Assembly: GCF_030144855.1 (NCBI RefSeq)
Contig: NC_082731.1
Span: 29,574,001-29,638,000 of the forward strand
DNA: 64,000 nt
DNA from: Hypanus sabinus
Lineage: Eukaryota
Direction: 5' to 3'
A program made the translations under genes and the position numbers. Below the pieces are notes generated by a model that was not told the origin of the DNA, ran no database searches, and saw only the letters and a list, made by a program, of their open reading frames with translations. Shown piece after piece: positions 32,520 to 46,668 of the stretch (the first letter of the stretch is position 1; every line of letters begins with the position of its first letter).

Positions 32520-35420
32520 GATTTAAACAGAGAGAGGAGAAATGGGCTAAAAATTCTATATCTGGATGCACGAAGTGTCAGAAATAAGGCGGATGAGCTT
32601 GAAGCTCAGGTGCGAATGGGTAACTATGATGTTGTTGGGATAACAGAGACATAGCTGCAGGGAGATCAGACCTGGGAAATGAATGTACAAGGGTATATGT
32701 GCTATCATAGGGACAGAAATATGGGCAGAGGGGGTGGGGTGGCCCTGTTGGTGAGGAATGTGATTCAGTCCTTTGCAAGGGGGGGACGTAGGATCAGGAG
32801 AAGTAGAGTCTGTATGGATAGAACTGAGGAACAGTAAGGACGAAAAGACCCTAATGGGTGTTGTCTACAGACCACCAAACAGTAGCATGGATGTTGGGTG
32901 CAATTTGAATAGGGAGTTAACATTGGCATGTGGTAATGTCGCAGTAGTTATGGAGGATTTCAACATGCAGGTGAATTGGGAGAATCAGGTTGGTGCTGAA
33001 GCACAGGATAGGGAGTTTGTAGAGTGCCTACAGGATGCATTCTTGGAACAGCTTGTACGGGAGCTGACCAAGGACAAGGCTATTCTGGATTTAGTCTTGT
33101 GTAATGAACAGGATTTGATAAGCGATCTTGAAGTAAAGGAGCCATTAGGAGGTAGTGACCATAATATGATAAGTTTTTATCTGCAATTTGAGAAGGATAA
33201 GGGCAGCTCGGAGGTGTCAGTGTTGCAGTTGAACAGGGGAGACTATGGAGCCATGACGGAGGAGCTGGCCAAAGTTAACTGGATGGATATCCTAGCATCC
33301 CAGCAGAAAAGACAGTGGAACAGCAGTGGCAGGTATTCTTGGGAATAATGCACAAGGTGCAAAATCAGTTCATCCCCCGGAGAAGGAAGGATTCAAAGGG
33401 GGGAAAGGGGCCACAGTGGTTGACAAAGGAAGTCAGAGATTGCATAGCATTAAAAAAAAGGAAGTATGACAGAGCTAAGGTGAGTGGGAGGACAGATGAT
33501 TGGGAAATTTTTAAGGAACAACAGAACTTAATTAAAAAGGCAATACGGGGAGAAAAAATGAGGTACGAACACAAGCTAGCCAGGAATATAAAGGAGGATA
33601 GCAAAAGCTTTTTTAGGCATGTGAAGAAAAAGAAGGTAGTTAAGAACAATGTTGGGCCCTTGAAGAAGAAACAGAGAAATGGCAGAAGAATTTAATAAGT
33701 ACTTTAGATCTGTCTTCACTAGGGAAGACACAAGCAATCTCCCAGATGTATGGACGGGCCATGGACATAGGGTAACAGAGGAAATGAAACAGGTTGACAT
33801 TAGGAAGGAAATGGTGATGAGTAAACTGATGGGACTGAAGGCTGACAAATCCCTAGGTCCAGATGGTCTGCATCCTAGGGTACTAAAGGAAGTGGCTCTG
33901 GAAATTGTGGATGCATTGGTAATCATTTTCCAATGTTCCTTAGATTCAGGATCAGTTCCTGAGGATTGGAGAATGGCTAATGTTATCCCACTTTTTAAGA
34001 AAGGAGGGAGGGAGAAAACAGAGAACTATCATCCTGTCAGCCTAACATCAGTAGCGGGGAAGATGCTAGAGTCCATTATTAAAGATGAAATAGTGGCATA
34101 TCTAGATAGCAGTGATAGGATTGGGCCGAGCCAGCATGAATTTACCAAGGGCAAATCATGCTTGACTAATCTATTGGAGTTTTTCAAGGATGTAACCAGG
34201 AAGTTAGACAAGGGAGATCCAGTGGATGTAGTTACCTCGATTTTCAGAAGGCATTTGATAAGGTCCCACATAGGAGATTGGTGGGTAAAATCAGAGCTCA
34301 TGGCATTGGGGGGAAGATATAGACATGGATAGAAAACTGGTTGGCAGATAGAAAGCAAAGGGTAACGGTGAATGGGTGTTTCTCGGAATGGCAGGTGGTG
34401 ACTAGTGGGGTGCCACAGGGCTCGGTATTGGGACCACAGCTGTTTAGGATTTACATAAATGATTTAGATGAAGGCATTGAGAATAACATCAGCAGGTTTG
34501 CTGATGATACTAAGCTGGGTGGCAGTGTGACATGTGATGAGGATGTTAGGAGAATTCAGGGTGACTTGGATAGGCTGAGTGAGTGGGCAGATACTTGGCA
34601 GATGACGTTTAATGTGAATAAGTGTGAGGTTATCCACTTTGGGAGTAAGAACAGGAAGGCTGATTATTATCTGAATGGTGTAGAGTTAGGTAAGGGAGAA
34701 ATACAAAGAGATCTAGGAGTACTTGTTCATCAGTCACTGAAGGTGAATGAGGAAGTGCAGCAGGCAGTGAAGAAGGCTAATGGAATGTTGGCCTTTATCA
34801 CAAAGGGAATTGAGTACAAGAGCAAGGATATTCTTTTGCATTTGCACAGGGCCCTGGTGAGACCACACCTGGAGTATTGTGTACAGTTTTGGTCTCCAGG
34901 GTTAAGGACATCCTGGCTATAGAGGAAGTGCAGCGTAGATTCACGAGGTTAATTCCTGGGATGTCTGGACTGTCTTACGCAGAGAGGTTGGAGAGACTGG
35001 GCTTGTACATGCTGGAATTAAGGAGATTGAGAGGGGATCTGATTGCAACATATAAGATTATTAAGGGATTGGACAAGATAGAGGCAGGAAATATGTTCCA
35101 GATGCTGGGAGAGTCCAGTACCAGAGGGCATGGTTTGAGAATAAGGGGTAGGTCATTTAGGACAGAGTTAAGGAAAAACTTCTTCTTCCAGAGAGTTGTG
35201 GGGGAGTGGAATGCACTGCCTCGGAAGGCAGTGGAGGCCAATTCTCTGGATGCTTTCAAGAAGGAGCTAGGTAGGTATCTTATGGATAGGGGAATCAAGG
35301 GATATGGGGACAAGGCAGGAACCGGGTATTGATAGTAGATGATCAGCCATGATCTCAGAATGGTGGTGCAGGCTCGAAGGGCCGAATGGTCTACTTCTGC
35401 ACCTATTGTCTATTGTGTAT
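32520..35420 (+). mobile_element. CR1-like LINE, near-complete ORF2 (frameshifted), same family as 19349-22379
   Basis: [20 protein letters not shown] and FADDT motifs; CTATTGT tail; 3' end highly similar to 22000-22379. Confidence 0.88.
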
Positions 35421-35669
35421 TGGCCCCTTTAAGGGTTCATGATGGTCCTGCTAATTGATAATTGTGTATGAGCACCACGAATTGAGTACTTAAGGAACAG
35501 TTGAACAGAGGTTCGGTGCTCAATCGTAACCCAACTGGTGATATCATCCAGCATTTGTTTTGTGTTCAGATCTAGTTTGTTACCACATTTAGAACCTTGC
35601 TTCATTTACCCCGGCAACTGGGTCCAAGTCATCCTCATCAAGGACTCTTGTAACATTACAATTGAGCCA

Positions 35670-36560
35670 ACATGGACCCAGTGGGATATCAAAATCTTTT
35701 GTCTTCTGTGGTGACGAGGATTACCAGATAAGGCCCAGAGATTCACGAACTCCAGGTAGCCATTCAACAACTTTCACAAGGAGGAAGCCAAGGTCGCTCG
35801 GGAGAGCCAGCACATCATTCAACCCCAGAGAGATTTGACAGTGACATGGGTTCTTGCTGTGGCCCTTCACCCGATGCTCATTCATGTTTGAACAACAGCT
35901 GTTCCCAGTTCCCTTCAGATCAAGGAAAGGTGGCCTTCATTATCTCTCTCCGGACCGGAAGAGCTCTACCTTGGGCCACAGCGCATTGGGAACATAGGTC
36001 AGAGATCTGCTGGGATTTTGAGGAATTCATGGCCGCTAGGAGGAAGATGTTTGATCACCTCACCAGAGCCAGGGAGCCTCAGATCAGTTGATGAAGATTC
36101 AACACGGGCTACGGTCCACGGCCAACAACGCAGTTGAATTTTGGATCTTAGCCCAGGAAAGTGGTTGGAATAGGGAGGCTGTGGCCATGTTCCACTGCCA
36201 CAAATGAACTGAAGGACACCTCACCTTGGGAGAGCCAGCTGAGAACTTAGAAGCTTTCAGTGATCAGTGCATCCATCTCAATAATCGTGTGGCAGAGTGA
36301 AAGTGGGACCACTTCAGAAAATCAAAGTGAGTCGGTCCAATTCTAGTCCCTACGCATCAGTTTCACCCCCCCCCCCCACCAACCTTGGACCATAAGCAGC
36401 CCATCACTACTCAAGATCCAGTCAGACTCATTCAGGTCGGTTGTACAGGACTCTCTGCTGATGATAGGTCCCGGTGTCAGAGTCAAGATCGCTGCTTTTA
36501 CTGTGGGGAAGTATGTCACTGGTGGGCCGAATGTCCCAGGCTGTGGACTGGAGGGAGGGG
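35670..36560 (+). mobile_element. Gypsy (sushi/PEG10-like) gag remnant
   Basis: KVAFIISLRTGRALPWATA capsid-like motif and CFYCGEVCHWWAEC zinc knuckle; many stops. Confidence 0.65.
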
Positions 36561-36869
36561 AGAATCATTCCTTGCTCCAGTCATCATAACAGGGTTTGTT
36601 TGTGCCATGGTGTTCTGAGACTCAGACTCTCCCGTGACCAACAACCAATAAGAGGGCAGCCTTCAGTGTGAGGTAACCTGAGACCTTCTCGAGACTGTCC
36701 TCAAGGATGAACAAGCCGTCTTCACTCAATGCTCTGCAAGTCCCCTAGTTCAGCAGAGGACCAAGGAAATATCTGAACAGTCTGGGGAACTTGCAGCCAA
36801 GCTTATGAAATGCAGCCACCAGGTCTAAAGGAAGGAAAAACGCTGAACCTCAAAGTCTATTTCCAAGAG

Positions 36870-37780
36870 GGAAATAACCCTCCGTAAAGCCTCGCTGAGG
36901 ATTCAGACAGGGATTTGAGGAGGAAGAAATGTTCAAAAGGCAAGATGATGCAACCATGGTGAACAAGGGAAGTCAAAAGCAACATAACAGCCAGAGAGAG
37001 GGCATATAATTGAGCTCGCATTGGTGGGAAGTTAGAGGATTGAGAAGCATTTAAAACCAACAGAAGGCAACTAAAAAGGTCAGTAAGAGGAATAAGATGG
37101 AATACTAAAGAAGCTACTCAACAATATTAAAGTGAACACCAAATGTTGCTTCAGATACATAAAGTGTAAAAGAGAGGCAAGAGTGGGTATAGAACAACTG
37201 GAAAACAATGCTGGAGAGGTAATAATTGGGGACAAGAAAATGGTGGACACACTGAATAAGTATCTTGCATCAGTGAGGAAGACACTAGCAGTCTGGTAGA
37301 AATTCCAGGTGTCGGGGTCATGAAGTGTGTGAAGCTATCATTACTACAGAGAAGATTCTTGAGAAATTGAAAGGTCTGAAGGTAGATAAGTCACGTGGAC
37401 TAGATGGTGCACACCACCCACATTCAGAAAGATTATATCTTTTTATATTATGTCGGTGATTTGGATGTTGGACTTTATGGCTCTGTTGGAAAGTTTGCAG
37501 ATGATATGAAGGTAGGTCGAGGGGCAGGTAGTTTTGAGGAAGTAGAGATGATACAGAAACAGTTAAATAGATTAGGAGAATGGGCAAAGATGAGGCAGAT
37601 GGAATACAATGTTGGGAAGTGTATGGTTATACTCTTTGGTAAAAGAAATGAGACGGTTGACTCTTTTCTAAATGGACAAAAAATACAAAACTCTGAGGAG
37701 CAAAGAGATTTGCGAATCCTTGTGCAGGATTCCCTCATGGTTAATTTGCAGGATGACTCTGTGCTGAGGAACTGAACCTT
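36870..37780 (+). mobile_element. Old CR1-like fragments
   Basis: GKFADDMKVG...QMEYNVGKC translation (37404-37775). Confidence 0.65.
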
Positions 37781-39119
37781 TCAGAAAAATTTTCATGTGA
37801 TTCAACCCGAACTTTAAAAAACATGAACACTGGTAAGGCAAGCCATATGTTGGATCTGCGTGCAAACCAATGGAGATAAAAAGGGAGAGTGGGAACCTGC
37901 AGACCTTCAACCAATAGAGGTAGATGGTCTGCATTTCTCTAGTCAGATGTAAGACGGGCCTTTTAACCGATGGAAGCAAGGATAGAAAGAGGTAGGTGGG
38001 AGGTCTGGTTTACTGTGTCTGCCTGACTTTTACTCTGGTGTTTCCCTTCTCTGTCTTCCCTCGGCAAACAGCCTATAGCGGGAATGGCCTGTGTATACTT
38101 ACATCCTGACACTCTCGCAAACATCCTCTCCACATCAACCCCATCTGGGCTTTTCACTAGTTGATAATGTTCTGAGGTTTTTATGGCAGTTGGCAAAAAA
38201 TTTAAGGTGCATTATCACCACTACAGAACCAGAGTGTGGGTCAACATATCATGACACACATTTTTTAAATTTGACCCCATATTTATATTTGTATCAAATT
38301 TATAAAAAGACCTGTGTTCATAAGGAACTGCACTATTTATTTAAAGCAATAATCCTGCAGTCCTTTCTGCAAAATGCTGATAATTTTAAATTTTATTTTA
38401 TTCTGTGATAACTCTAAAATCAACCAACTCCTCTCTTGATTATGTCTTGTTGATTACAATATTCACAACTCCCTGTATTGTGTTTCTTCATGAAAAACAA
38501 TGTACTTTAAATCTGTGCCCAAACCTCAATCTTGATGTTATCACCTCCTGCTCTTTCCTGCATTCCTCAACTATCCCATTTCTTTCTGGACATTATTATG
38601 TGGTCAAAATAAGGTTTGCATTACCTTACTTACAATGTCTCATCTTGCCTCAAAACGTAAATCTTTTTGAGTCCTGATTGTTGTCCTTGAATCAGACAAT
38701 ATTACAACTCTCATCGGTCTTACCTCCTCCACCGACTGCAAAGTGAATAGTCCAGCTGTCATTTCCCCTGTATGCACTGAGAAATCATCATTTTTCCTCA
38801 CCTGCTTTTTCATGTTCAAATCAGGCACTACCAATCCTACCCTAATCTCCCATTTCCATTTTTTGAAGCATTTGTTTGCATTTGTAAATATACAGTACAT
38901 AATGATCATTATTTACATGGACTTCAACTATAACTTGATTTAAAATCACTTCTCTATTTTTCTATCTCTTTCTGACTAATTTAGGATCCACCTCTGGTGC
39001 TTCACACAGTCATGGAGGCAGCCCAGTAAAAGACACTGTATCACTCACTGCCTTAGTACTAATTCTTGGTTCTTCCTGCTTTTCCTTCAATAGTCCATGC
39101 AAAACTTCTGAATTTCCTT

Positions 39120-39830
39120 CTTTCCTTTTCCCAGCATGGATCTAAAAGCTATTTAGTTGGATGATTTTCTCCAGGCCCTTGTAGGTTTACCCAATATGTT
39201 AACACAAGCTGTGTTCTTCTCAGTTCCAGAGGTGTCTCTCCCAACTTCACCTGCAGTGCCTCCACTGGTGTTGTCCTTATTGCCCCACTGATTAACCTTA
39301 ATGCTTGACTTTGAATGATATCCAGTTTATTGAGCACACAGCGTGATGCTGATCCATATACCATACTTCCATAGTCCAGTATTGCTCTTATTAATCCTGT
39401 ATATATTGTTTTCAAGGGATTCCTATCAGCTCCCCATTCCTTCCTGTTAAACACCTCATAACATTTAGCACTTCCTTACTTTTGGTTATTATTTCTTTAA
39501 TATGTGTTGACCATGTAAGTCTTTTATCAAACCAAATTCTTAAAAATTGAAATGTATCCACACTTTCTAATTCCATACCATAAAGCTTTAGTTTCAAGTG
39601 TTGTTCTGTCCTCTTCCTAGAGAAAAACATTATTTTGGATTTCTCGGCTGAAAATCTGAATTCTCATTTTCATGCCCAACCTTCCACCTTAACTTTTGCT
39701 TCTTGAAGTTTCCATGTTATAAATTACACATTCCCACCCCTTTTCCACATTGCTCCATCATCCACAAATAAAGATATTCCAATACTATTATTTCTATTGG
39801 AAAATATATCATTTATCATGATAGTAATAA
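39120..39830 (-). mobile_element. I/Nimb-like LINE RT C-terminal fragment
   Basis: IYTGLIRAILDYGSMVYGSAS...LDIIQSQALRLISGAIRTTP motif typical of I-group LINEs. Confidence 0.65.
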
Positions 39831-42460
39831 TATTCTGTCATTGGTTTACAAACAGAGGCAGTGTGCAGTGAGACTGCTCTCCACGGTGACACACCAAATC
39901 TCCTCAAGCTCCTAAAGAAATATAGCAGCTGTTGTGCCTTCTCTGAAGCTGCATCAATATGTTGGGTCGTCTGGGTCTTGATAAGGAAAAGGTGGAAGAA
40001 TATTCACAGGTTGCACGTGAATCCAAGGAAGATAAATATCTTTGTGGGCAGCTTTGCTGGAGCTGTTCAGAAGGGTTTGAACTAATTTGACAGGGGATGG
40101 GAAATGGAGTGATAGGGCTGAGCTTCCAGTCATTGGTTGAACAACAGAGGCGGTGTGTAGTGAGTCTGCTAGCAAGCAAAGGCTGATGATAGGGCAAAAT
40201 TGCAGTCAATGGGATAAGTTGAAATGTAAAAGGGGGACAAAATCGAGAAGGGTGATGAACTTTGGGGTGATGCCCAAGGACACACATTGTATTGAAAGGA
40301 CAGGGAGGTAGGCGGGGGGTGTGGTTTAGCTGTGTTGGGAAAAAATTAAACCAAATCATTAGAAAGAAGTGACAAAGGATTGGAAAGTGTAGAATTGTTG
40401 TGGGTAGAGCTAAGAAACAGTAAGGGTAAAGTCCTTGATGGGAGTTATATACAGACCTCCGAACAGTAGCAAAGATGTGGTCTACAAGTTACAATGAGAG
40501 ATAGAAAATGCATGTCAACAGTGCAGTGTTAAAAGAGTCATCGGGAATTTCAATATGCAGATAGATTGGGCTGGTTTGCACTTGAACTGGAGAGGAGCCA
40601 GTATCCTGGCTGTGAGGTTTACTGATGCTGCCTGGGAGAGTTTAAACTAGTTTTGTAGGGGGCTGAGAACCAGAGTCCCAGGTCAGTACGGAGTGGATCT
40701 GACCAGAAGTTAGATGTCAGAGAAGGTATGGAAAGGCAAAATTGAAATGACAGGTAGGATGGGTCGGATAGTTTGAGGTGTGTATATTTTAACACAGGGA
40801 GTATTATGGGTAAGGGTGATGGATCAGTACATGAAACTACGGTGTTGTAGCCATTACTGAAACTTAGTTGACAGAGCGGCAGGAATGGGTGATTAATGTG
40901 CCAGGTTTTTGGAGTTCTGGAAAAGATAGAGGAGTAGGTAAGGGGGTTGGGGTGGGGGGGGGTGCACTCCTGATCAGGGACAATATCACAGCTGCACTCA
41001 GAGGAGACGTAATGGAGGAGTCAGAAACTGAGTCCATTTGGGTGAAACTCAGGAATAGACAGGGTACAATCCCACTGATGGGATTGTACTACGGACCCCC
41101 TGATAGCCACTGGGACATTGAGGAGCAGATATGTAATCAGATCAAGGAGAAGTGTAATAATAATAGGGTTGGTGTCATGGGGGATTTCAGCTTCCCTGAT
41201 ATAAACTGGGAGCTTCTGAGTGTAAGGGGTCAGGTGGGTTCAAATCTGTTAAGTATGTTTCTTAAATCAATGTGTGACAGTCCAGTGAAAGGAGGGACCA
41301 TACTGTACCTGTGGGGAATGAGTCTGGCTAGGTGACTGACCTTTCAATGGGTGAACAGTTCAGGAATCATGACCACAAGTGGTTAACTTTCAGGGTCGCT
41401 ATCAACAAGGATAGGTATGGTCCTTGTGGAAGAGATTTAAATTGACACGGGGCAATGTACAACGGCATTAGACAGGAACAAAGAACCATTAATTTGGGAA
41501 CACCTTTTCTCTGGCAAGTCCACATCAGATGTAAGACCATGAAACAGGAGCAGTATTTGGCCATTCCACCCATCAATGCTGTCCTACCATTCCATCAATG
41601 CTGATCCCGGACTCCAGTCAACCCCATACACCTGCCTTCTCACCATATTTTTTGATGTCCTGACCGATCAGGAAACTATTAATTTCCACCTTAAATATAT
41701 CCACGATTTAGCCTCCACTGCAGTTTGTGGCAGAGCATTCCACAGATTCAGCATTCTCAGGCTAAAAAAATCATTCCTTACCTTTGTTCTAAAAGATTGC
41801 CCCTCAATTTTGAGGCTGTACTGTCTTGTTCCAGATACCCCCACCAGAGGAAACATCGACTCCATATCCATCCTATCTATTCTTTTCAACATTCAGTAGG
41901 TTTCAATAAGATTGCCCCACATTATTCTAAACTCCAGTGAGTCCAGGCCCAAAACTGCCAATGCTTCTCAAACGTTAACCCCTTCATTCCTCATCCCCTT
42001 CATGAGTCATCCTCATGAATCTCCTCCAGACTCTCTCCAATGAAAATACATCCTTTCTGAGATATTGGGCTCAAAACTGATGACAATACCCTAAGTGTGG
42101 CCTGATTAGTGTCTTACGAAGCCTCAACACTATCCCCTTGCTTTTATACTCTATTCCCCTTGAAATAAATGTCAACATTCCATTTGCTTTCTTCACCACA
42201 GATTCGACCTGTAAATTAACCTTCTGTGAGTCTCTCACAAGGACTCCTAAGTCACTTTGCACCTCTGATGTTTGAACCTTCTTCCCATTTCGATAATAGT
42301 CTGCACTATTGCTCCTTTTGCTAAAATGAATTATCATACATTTCCCAAGATTTTAATTCATCTGCCACTTTTTGCCCATTCTTCCAATTTGTCTAAGTGG
42401 TACAGCAACTGCATTGCCCAAATAGCACAATTCTGCTCCTATACCTTATCTTATGGTTTT
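39830..42460. mobile_element. Mixed CR1-like fragments (plus strand to about 41520, minus strand 41520-42460)
   Basis: EN-like ORF 40868-41335 (+); RT C-terminal ORFs 41668-41892 and 42071-42337 (-). Confidence 0.65.
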
Positions 42461-42692
42461 ACTCAGGAACTGAAACATTAGCCCAACGGTGGATCACCCT
42501 AAAGGTCTGAACTGGTATTCATATTTTTGTTTTGGAGTGACCTCGGAGAATAATGACAGACATCTCTTCATGGGATTCCATCTCGTGCAATGAGGACAGA
42601 CTGTCTGTTATTTCGTTCACCTGTCCTCACAGGTTAAGGTCTGTGCTGCACCTTGTCTCACACAATATCATACTCTCCTGTCTATATTTCAG

Positions 42693-42704
42693 GTTCAGCA
42701 GTGA
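42693..42704 (+). CDS. Candidate IgW TM2 exon (VQQ*) giving cytoplasmic tail KVQQ
   Basis: Acceptor ctctcctgtctatatttcag|GTT CAG CAG TGA, phase 0, in a non-repeat island; variant signal AATATAAA near 42828. Confidence 0.45.
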   Translation, partial: VQQ

Positions 42705-45700
42705 CCAGCAGATACACGCCCCACATTCAGACAAGAGATCCCCGTGTGGCTGCGATGTTTGGAAATGGAGTCTCCATCTCACTCACTCGGCAATCTGAGG
42801 CTACTGCACTGCAACTGCTCATTTCAGAATATAAACCTCTAGATGCACCGGGGATGCCAGATGGGAAATGGGGGCACAGAGCTGGTTAGGTGGGCGAAGG
42901 GACAGCAGTGGATGACACTTTGGGAAAATGGCAGGATATGTGACACTGGAGGGGGTATACAAGAGGGGAGAGAAAGGCAGCATTAAGCCTTGGGAATGGG
43001 AAACAGGGGATGGGAGCTTTATGAGTGAAGGAGAAGAGGGAGGTGAGGAAATGGATTTTATTGTTAAGGAGCAAGAAATTGATGTGGGGGGTGATTGTGG
43101 TGGAGGGTGGGCTCAGTGTCTTGTTCTGTTATATTTTGTAAATCAGACGTTACGGAAATCATTGCCTGTAGCATTTCTTTCATTATTCCGCTGGAGTTTA
43201 TTTCATGATTTGAAATTGTATTAATTAAAAACAAAAACAATGAGACAATGAAGTGTCTGGAGTTGATAAAACTGAGGGAAGCCATTCATCCCATCTTAGT
43301 TCCCTCATCACTGCAGTGACTTCACCTGCCTACAAGTACAACAAGTGGGTATTGCATCCCATAAGACCACAAGACAAAGGAGCAGAAGTCGGCCATTTGG
43401 CCCATCGAGTCTACTCTGCCATTTCATTATGAGCTGATCCAATCTCCTCTTTAGTCCCATTCCCCCGCCTTCTCACCATAACCTTTGATGCCCTGACTAC
43501 TCTGATACCACCCGTGGCAACAAATTCCACAGATTCACCACCATCTGGCTAAAAAAAATTTTCACATCTCCATTCTGAATGGGCGCCCTGCAATCCTCAA
43601 GTCACGTCCTCTCGTACTAGACTCCCCCACCATGGGAAACAACTTTGCCACATCCACTCTGTCCATGCCTTTAAACATTCAAAATGTTTCTGAGGTCCCC
43701 GCTCATTCTTCTAAACTCCAAGGAGTACAGTCCAAGAGCGGTCAAACATTCCTCCTACGTTAACCCTCTCATTCCCGGAATCATTCTAGTGAATCTTCTC
43801 TGAACCCTCTCCAACGTCAGCACATCCTTTCTTAAATAAGGAGCCCAAAACTGCACACAGTATTCCAAGTGAGGTCTTACCAGTGCCTTATAGAGCCTCA
43901 ACATCACATCCCTGCTCCTATACTCTATTCCCCTAGAAATGAATGCCAACATTGCATTCGCCTTTTTCACCACCGACTCAACCTGGAGGTTAACCTTAAG
44001 GGTATCCTGCATGAGAACTCCCAAGTCCCGTTGCATCTCAGAACTTTGAATTCTCTCCCCATTTAAATAATAGTCTGCCCATTTATTTCTTCTACCAAAG
44101 TGCATGACCGTACACTTTCTGTTTTTGTAATTCATTTGCCACTTCTTTGCCCATTCCCCCAATCTATCCAAGGCACTCTGCAGACTCTCTGTTTCCTCAA
44201 CGCACCAGCTCCTCCACCTATCTTTGTATCATCAGCAAACTTAGCCACAAAGCCATCTATTCCATAATCCAAATTGTTGATATACAACGGAAAAAGAAGC
44301 GGCCCCAACACTGACCCCTGCGGAACACCACTGGTAACCAGCAGCCAACCAGAATGGGATCCCTTCATTTCCACTCTCTGTTTCCTGCCAATCAACCAAC
44401 AGTCTATCCACGTATGTGACTTTCCTGTAATTCCATGGGCTCTTATCTTGTTTAGCAGCCTCATGTGCGGCACCTTGTCAAAGGCCTTCTGAGAATCCAA
44501 ATACACAACATCCACTACATCTCCCTTGTCTAGCTTACTTGTAACTTCTCAAAAAATTGCACTAGGTTTGTCAGGCAGGATTTTCCTTCAAGGAAACCAT
44601 GCTGAGTTCTGCCTACCTTGTCATATGTCTCCAGCTACTCTGTAACCTCATCCTTGACAATCGACTCCAACAACTTCCCAACCACCAATGTCAAGCTAAC
44701 AGGTCTATAATTTCCTTTTTGCATCCTTGCCCCCTTCTTAAATAGTGGAGTGACATTTGCAATCTTCCAGTCCTCTGGAACCAGGCCAGAATCTATAGAC
44801 TTTTGAAAGATCATTGCTAATGCCTCCACAATCTCCACCACTACTTCCTTCAGAACACGAGGGTGCATTCCATCTGGTCAAAGAGATTTATCTACCCTTA
44901 GACTATTCAGCTTCCTGAGTACTTTCTCTGTTGTAATTGTGACTGTGCATATTTCTCTTCCCTGACACCCTTGAATATCTGGTATATTACTGGTCTTCCT
45001 CAGTGAAGACTGATGCAAAATACTCGTTCAGTTCCTCTGCCATCTCCTTATTTCTCCTTACAATTTCTCCAGCACCGTTTTCTATCTGTCCTATATCTAC
45101 TCTCACCTGTCTTTTACTCTTTATTTTCTTGAAAAAGCTTTCAGTCTCCTCTTTGATATTATTTGCTCGCTTCCTTTCATAGTTCATCCTTTCCCTCTTA
45201 ATGACCTTCTTAGTTTCCTTTTGTCAGCTTTTATAAACTTCCCAATTCTTTGTCTTCCCACTAAGTTTTGCTTCCTTGTATGCCCCCTGCTTTGCTTTTA
45301 CTTTGGCTTTGACTTCTTTTGTCAGCCACAGTTGCATCCTTTTTCCATTCGAAAATTTCTTTTTCTTTGGAAAATATCTGTTCTGGCACCCTCACTGCTC
45401 GCATAAACTCCAGCCACTGCTGCTCTGCCGTCCTTCCTGTTAGTGTCCCTTTCCAGTCAACTGTGGCTAGTTCCTCTCTCATGCTACTGTAACTTAGAAA
45501 CATAGAAAATAGGTGCAGGAGTAGGCCATTCGGCCCTTTGAACCTGCACCGCCATTCAGTATGATCATGGCTAATCATCCAACTCAGAACCCTGTACCTG
45601 CTTTCTCTCCATACCCCCGATCCCTTTAGCCACAAGGGCCATATCTAACTTCCTCTTAAATATAGCCAATGAACTGGCAGAGAATTGCACAGATTCACCA

Positions 45701-46537
45701 CTCTCTGTGTGAAGAAGTTTTTCCTCATCTCGGTCCTAAAAGGCTTCCCCTTTATCCTTATCCTTAAACTGTGACCTCTCATTCTGGACTTCTCCAACAT
45801 CGGAAACAATCTTCCTGCATCTAGCCTGTCCAATCCCTTAAGAATTTTATACATTTCAATAAGATCCCCCCTCAATCTTCTAAATTCCAGTAAGTTTAAG
45901 CCTAGTTGATCCAGTCTTTCTTCATATGAAAGTCATGCCATCCCAGGAATCAATCTGGTGAACCTTATTTGTATTCCCTCTATGGCAAGAATGTCTTTCC
46001 TCAGATTAAGGGACCAAAACTGTACACAATACTCTAGGTGCGGTCTCACCAAGGCCTTGTACAACTGCAGTAGAACCTCCCTGCTCCTGTACTCAAATCC
46101 TTTTGCTATGAATGCCAACATAACATTTGTCTTTTTCACCGCCTGCTGTACCTGCATGCCCGCCTTCAATGACTGGTGTACAATGACACCCAGGTCTCGT
46201 TGTACCTCCCCTTTTCCTAATCAGCCACCATTCAGATAGTAATCTGTTTTCCTGTTCTTGCAACCAAAGTGGATAACCTCACATTTATCCACATTAAATT
46301 GTGTCTGCCATGGACTTGCTCACTGACCTAACCTATCCAAGTCACCCTGCATCCTCTTAGCATCCTCCTCACAGCTAACACCGCCACCCAGCTTCATGTC
46401 ATCCGCAAACTTGGAGATGCTGCATTTAATTCCCTCGTCTAAATCATTAATATATATTGTAAACAACTGGGGTCCCAGCACTGAGCCTTGCGGTACCCCA
46501 CTAGTCACTGCCTGCCATTCTGAAAAGGTCCCATTTA

Positions 46538-46668
46538 CTCCCACTCTTTGCTTCCTGACTGCCAACCAACTCCCACTCTTTGCTTCCTGACTGCCAACCA
46601 AATTCCCACTCTTTGCTTCCTGTCTGCCAACCAAACTCCCACTCTTTGCTTCCTGTCTGCCAACCAAA
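46538..46668. repeat. Tandem repeat, 4 x 32-33 bp (CTCCCACTCTTTGCTTCCTGWCTGCCAACCAA)
   Basis: Head-to-tail copies of CR1 RT-derived sequence at the truncated end of a CR1 fragment; no spacers. Confidence 0.9.

Noticed and set aside
46538-46668. CRISPR-like array (32-bp unit)
   Set aside because: Copies are contiguous with no spacers and derive from CR1 sequence in a eukaryotic context.
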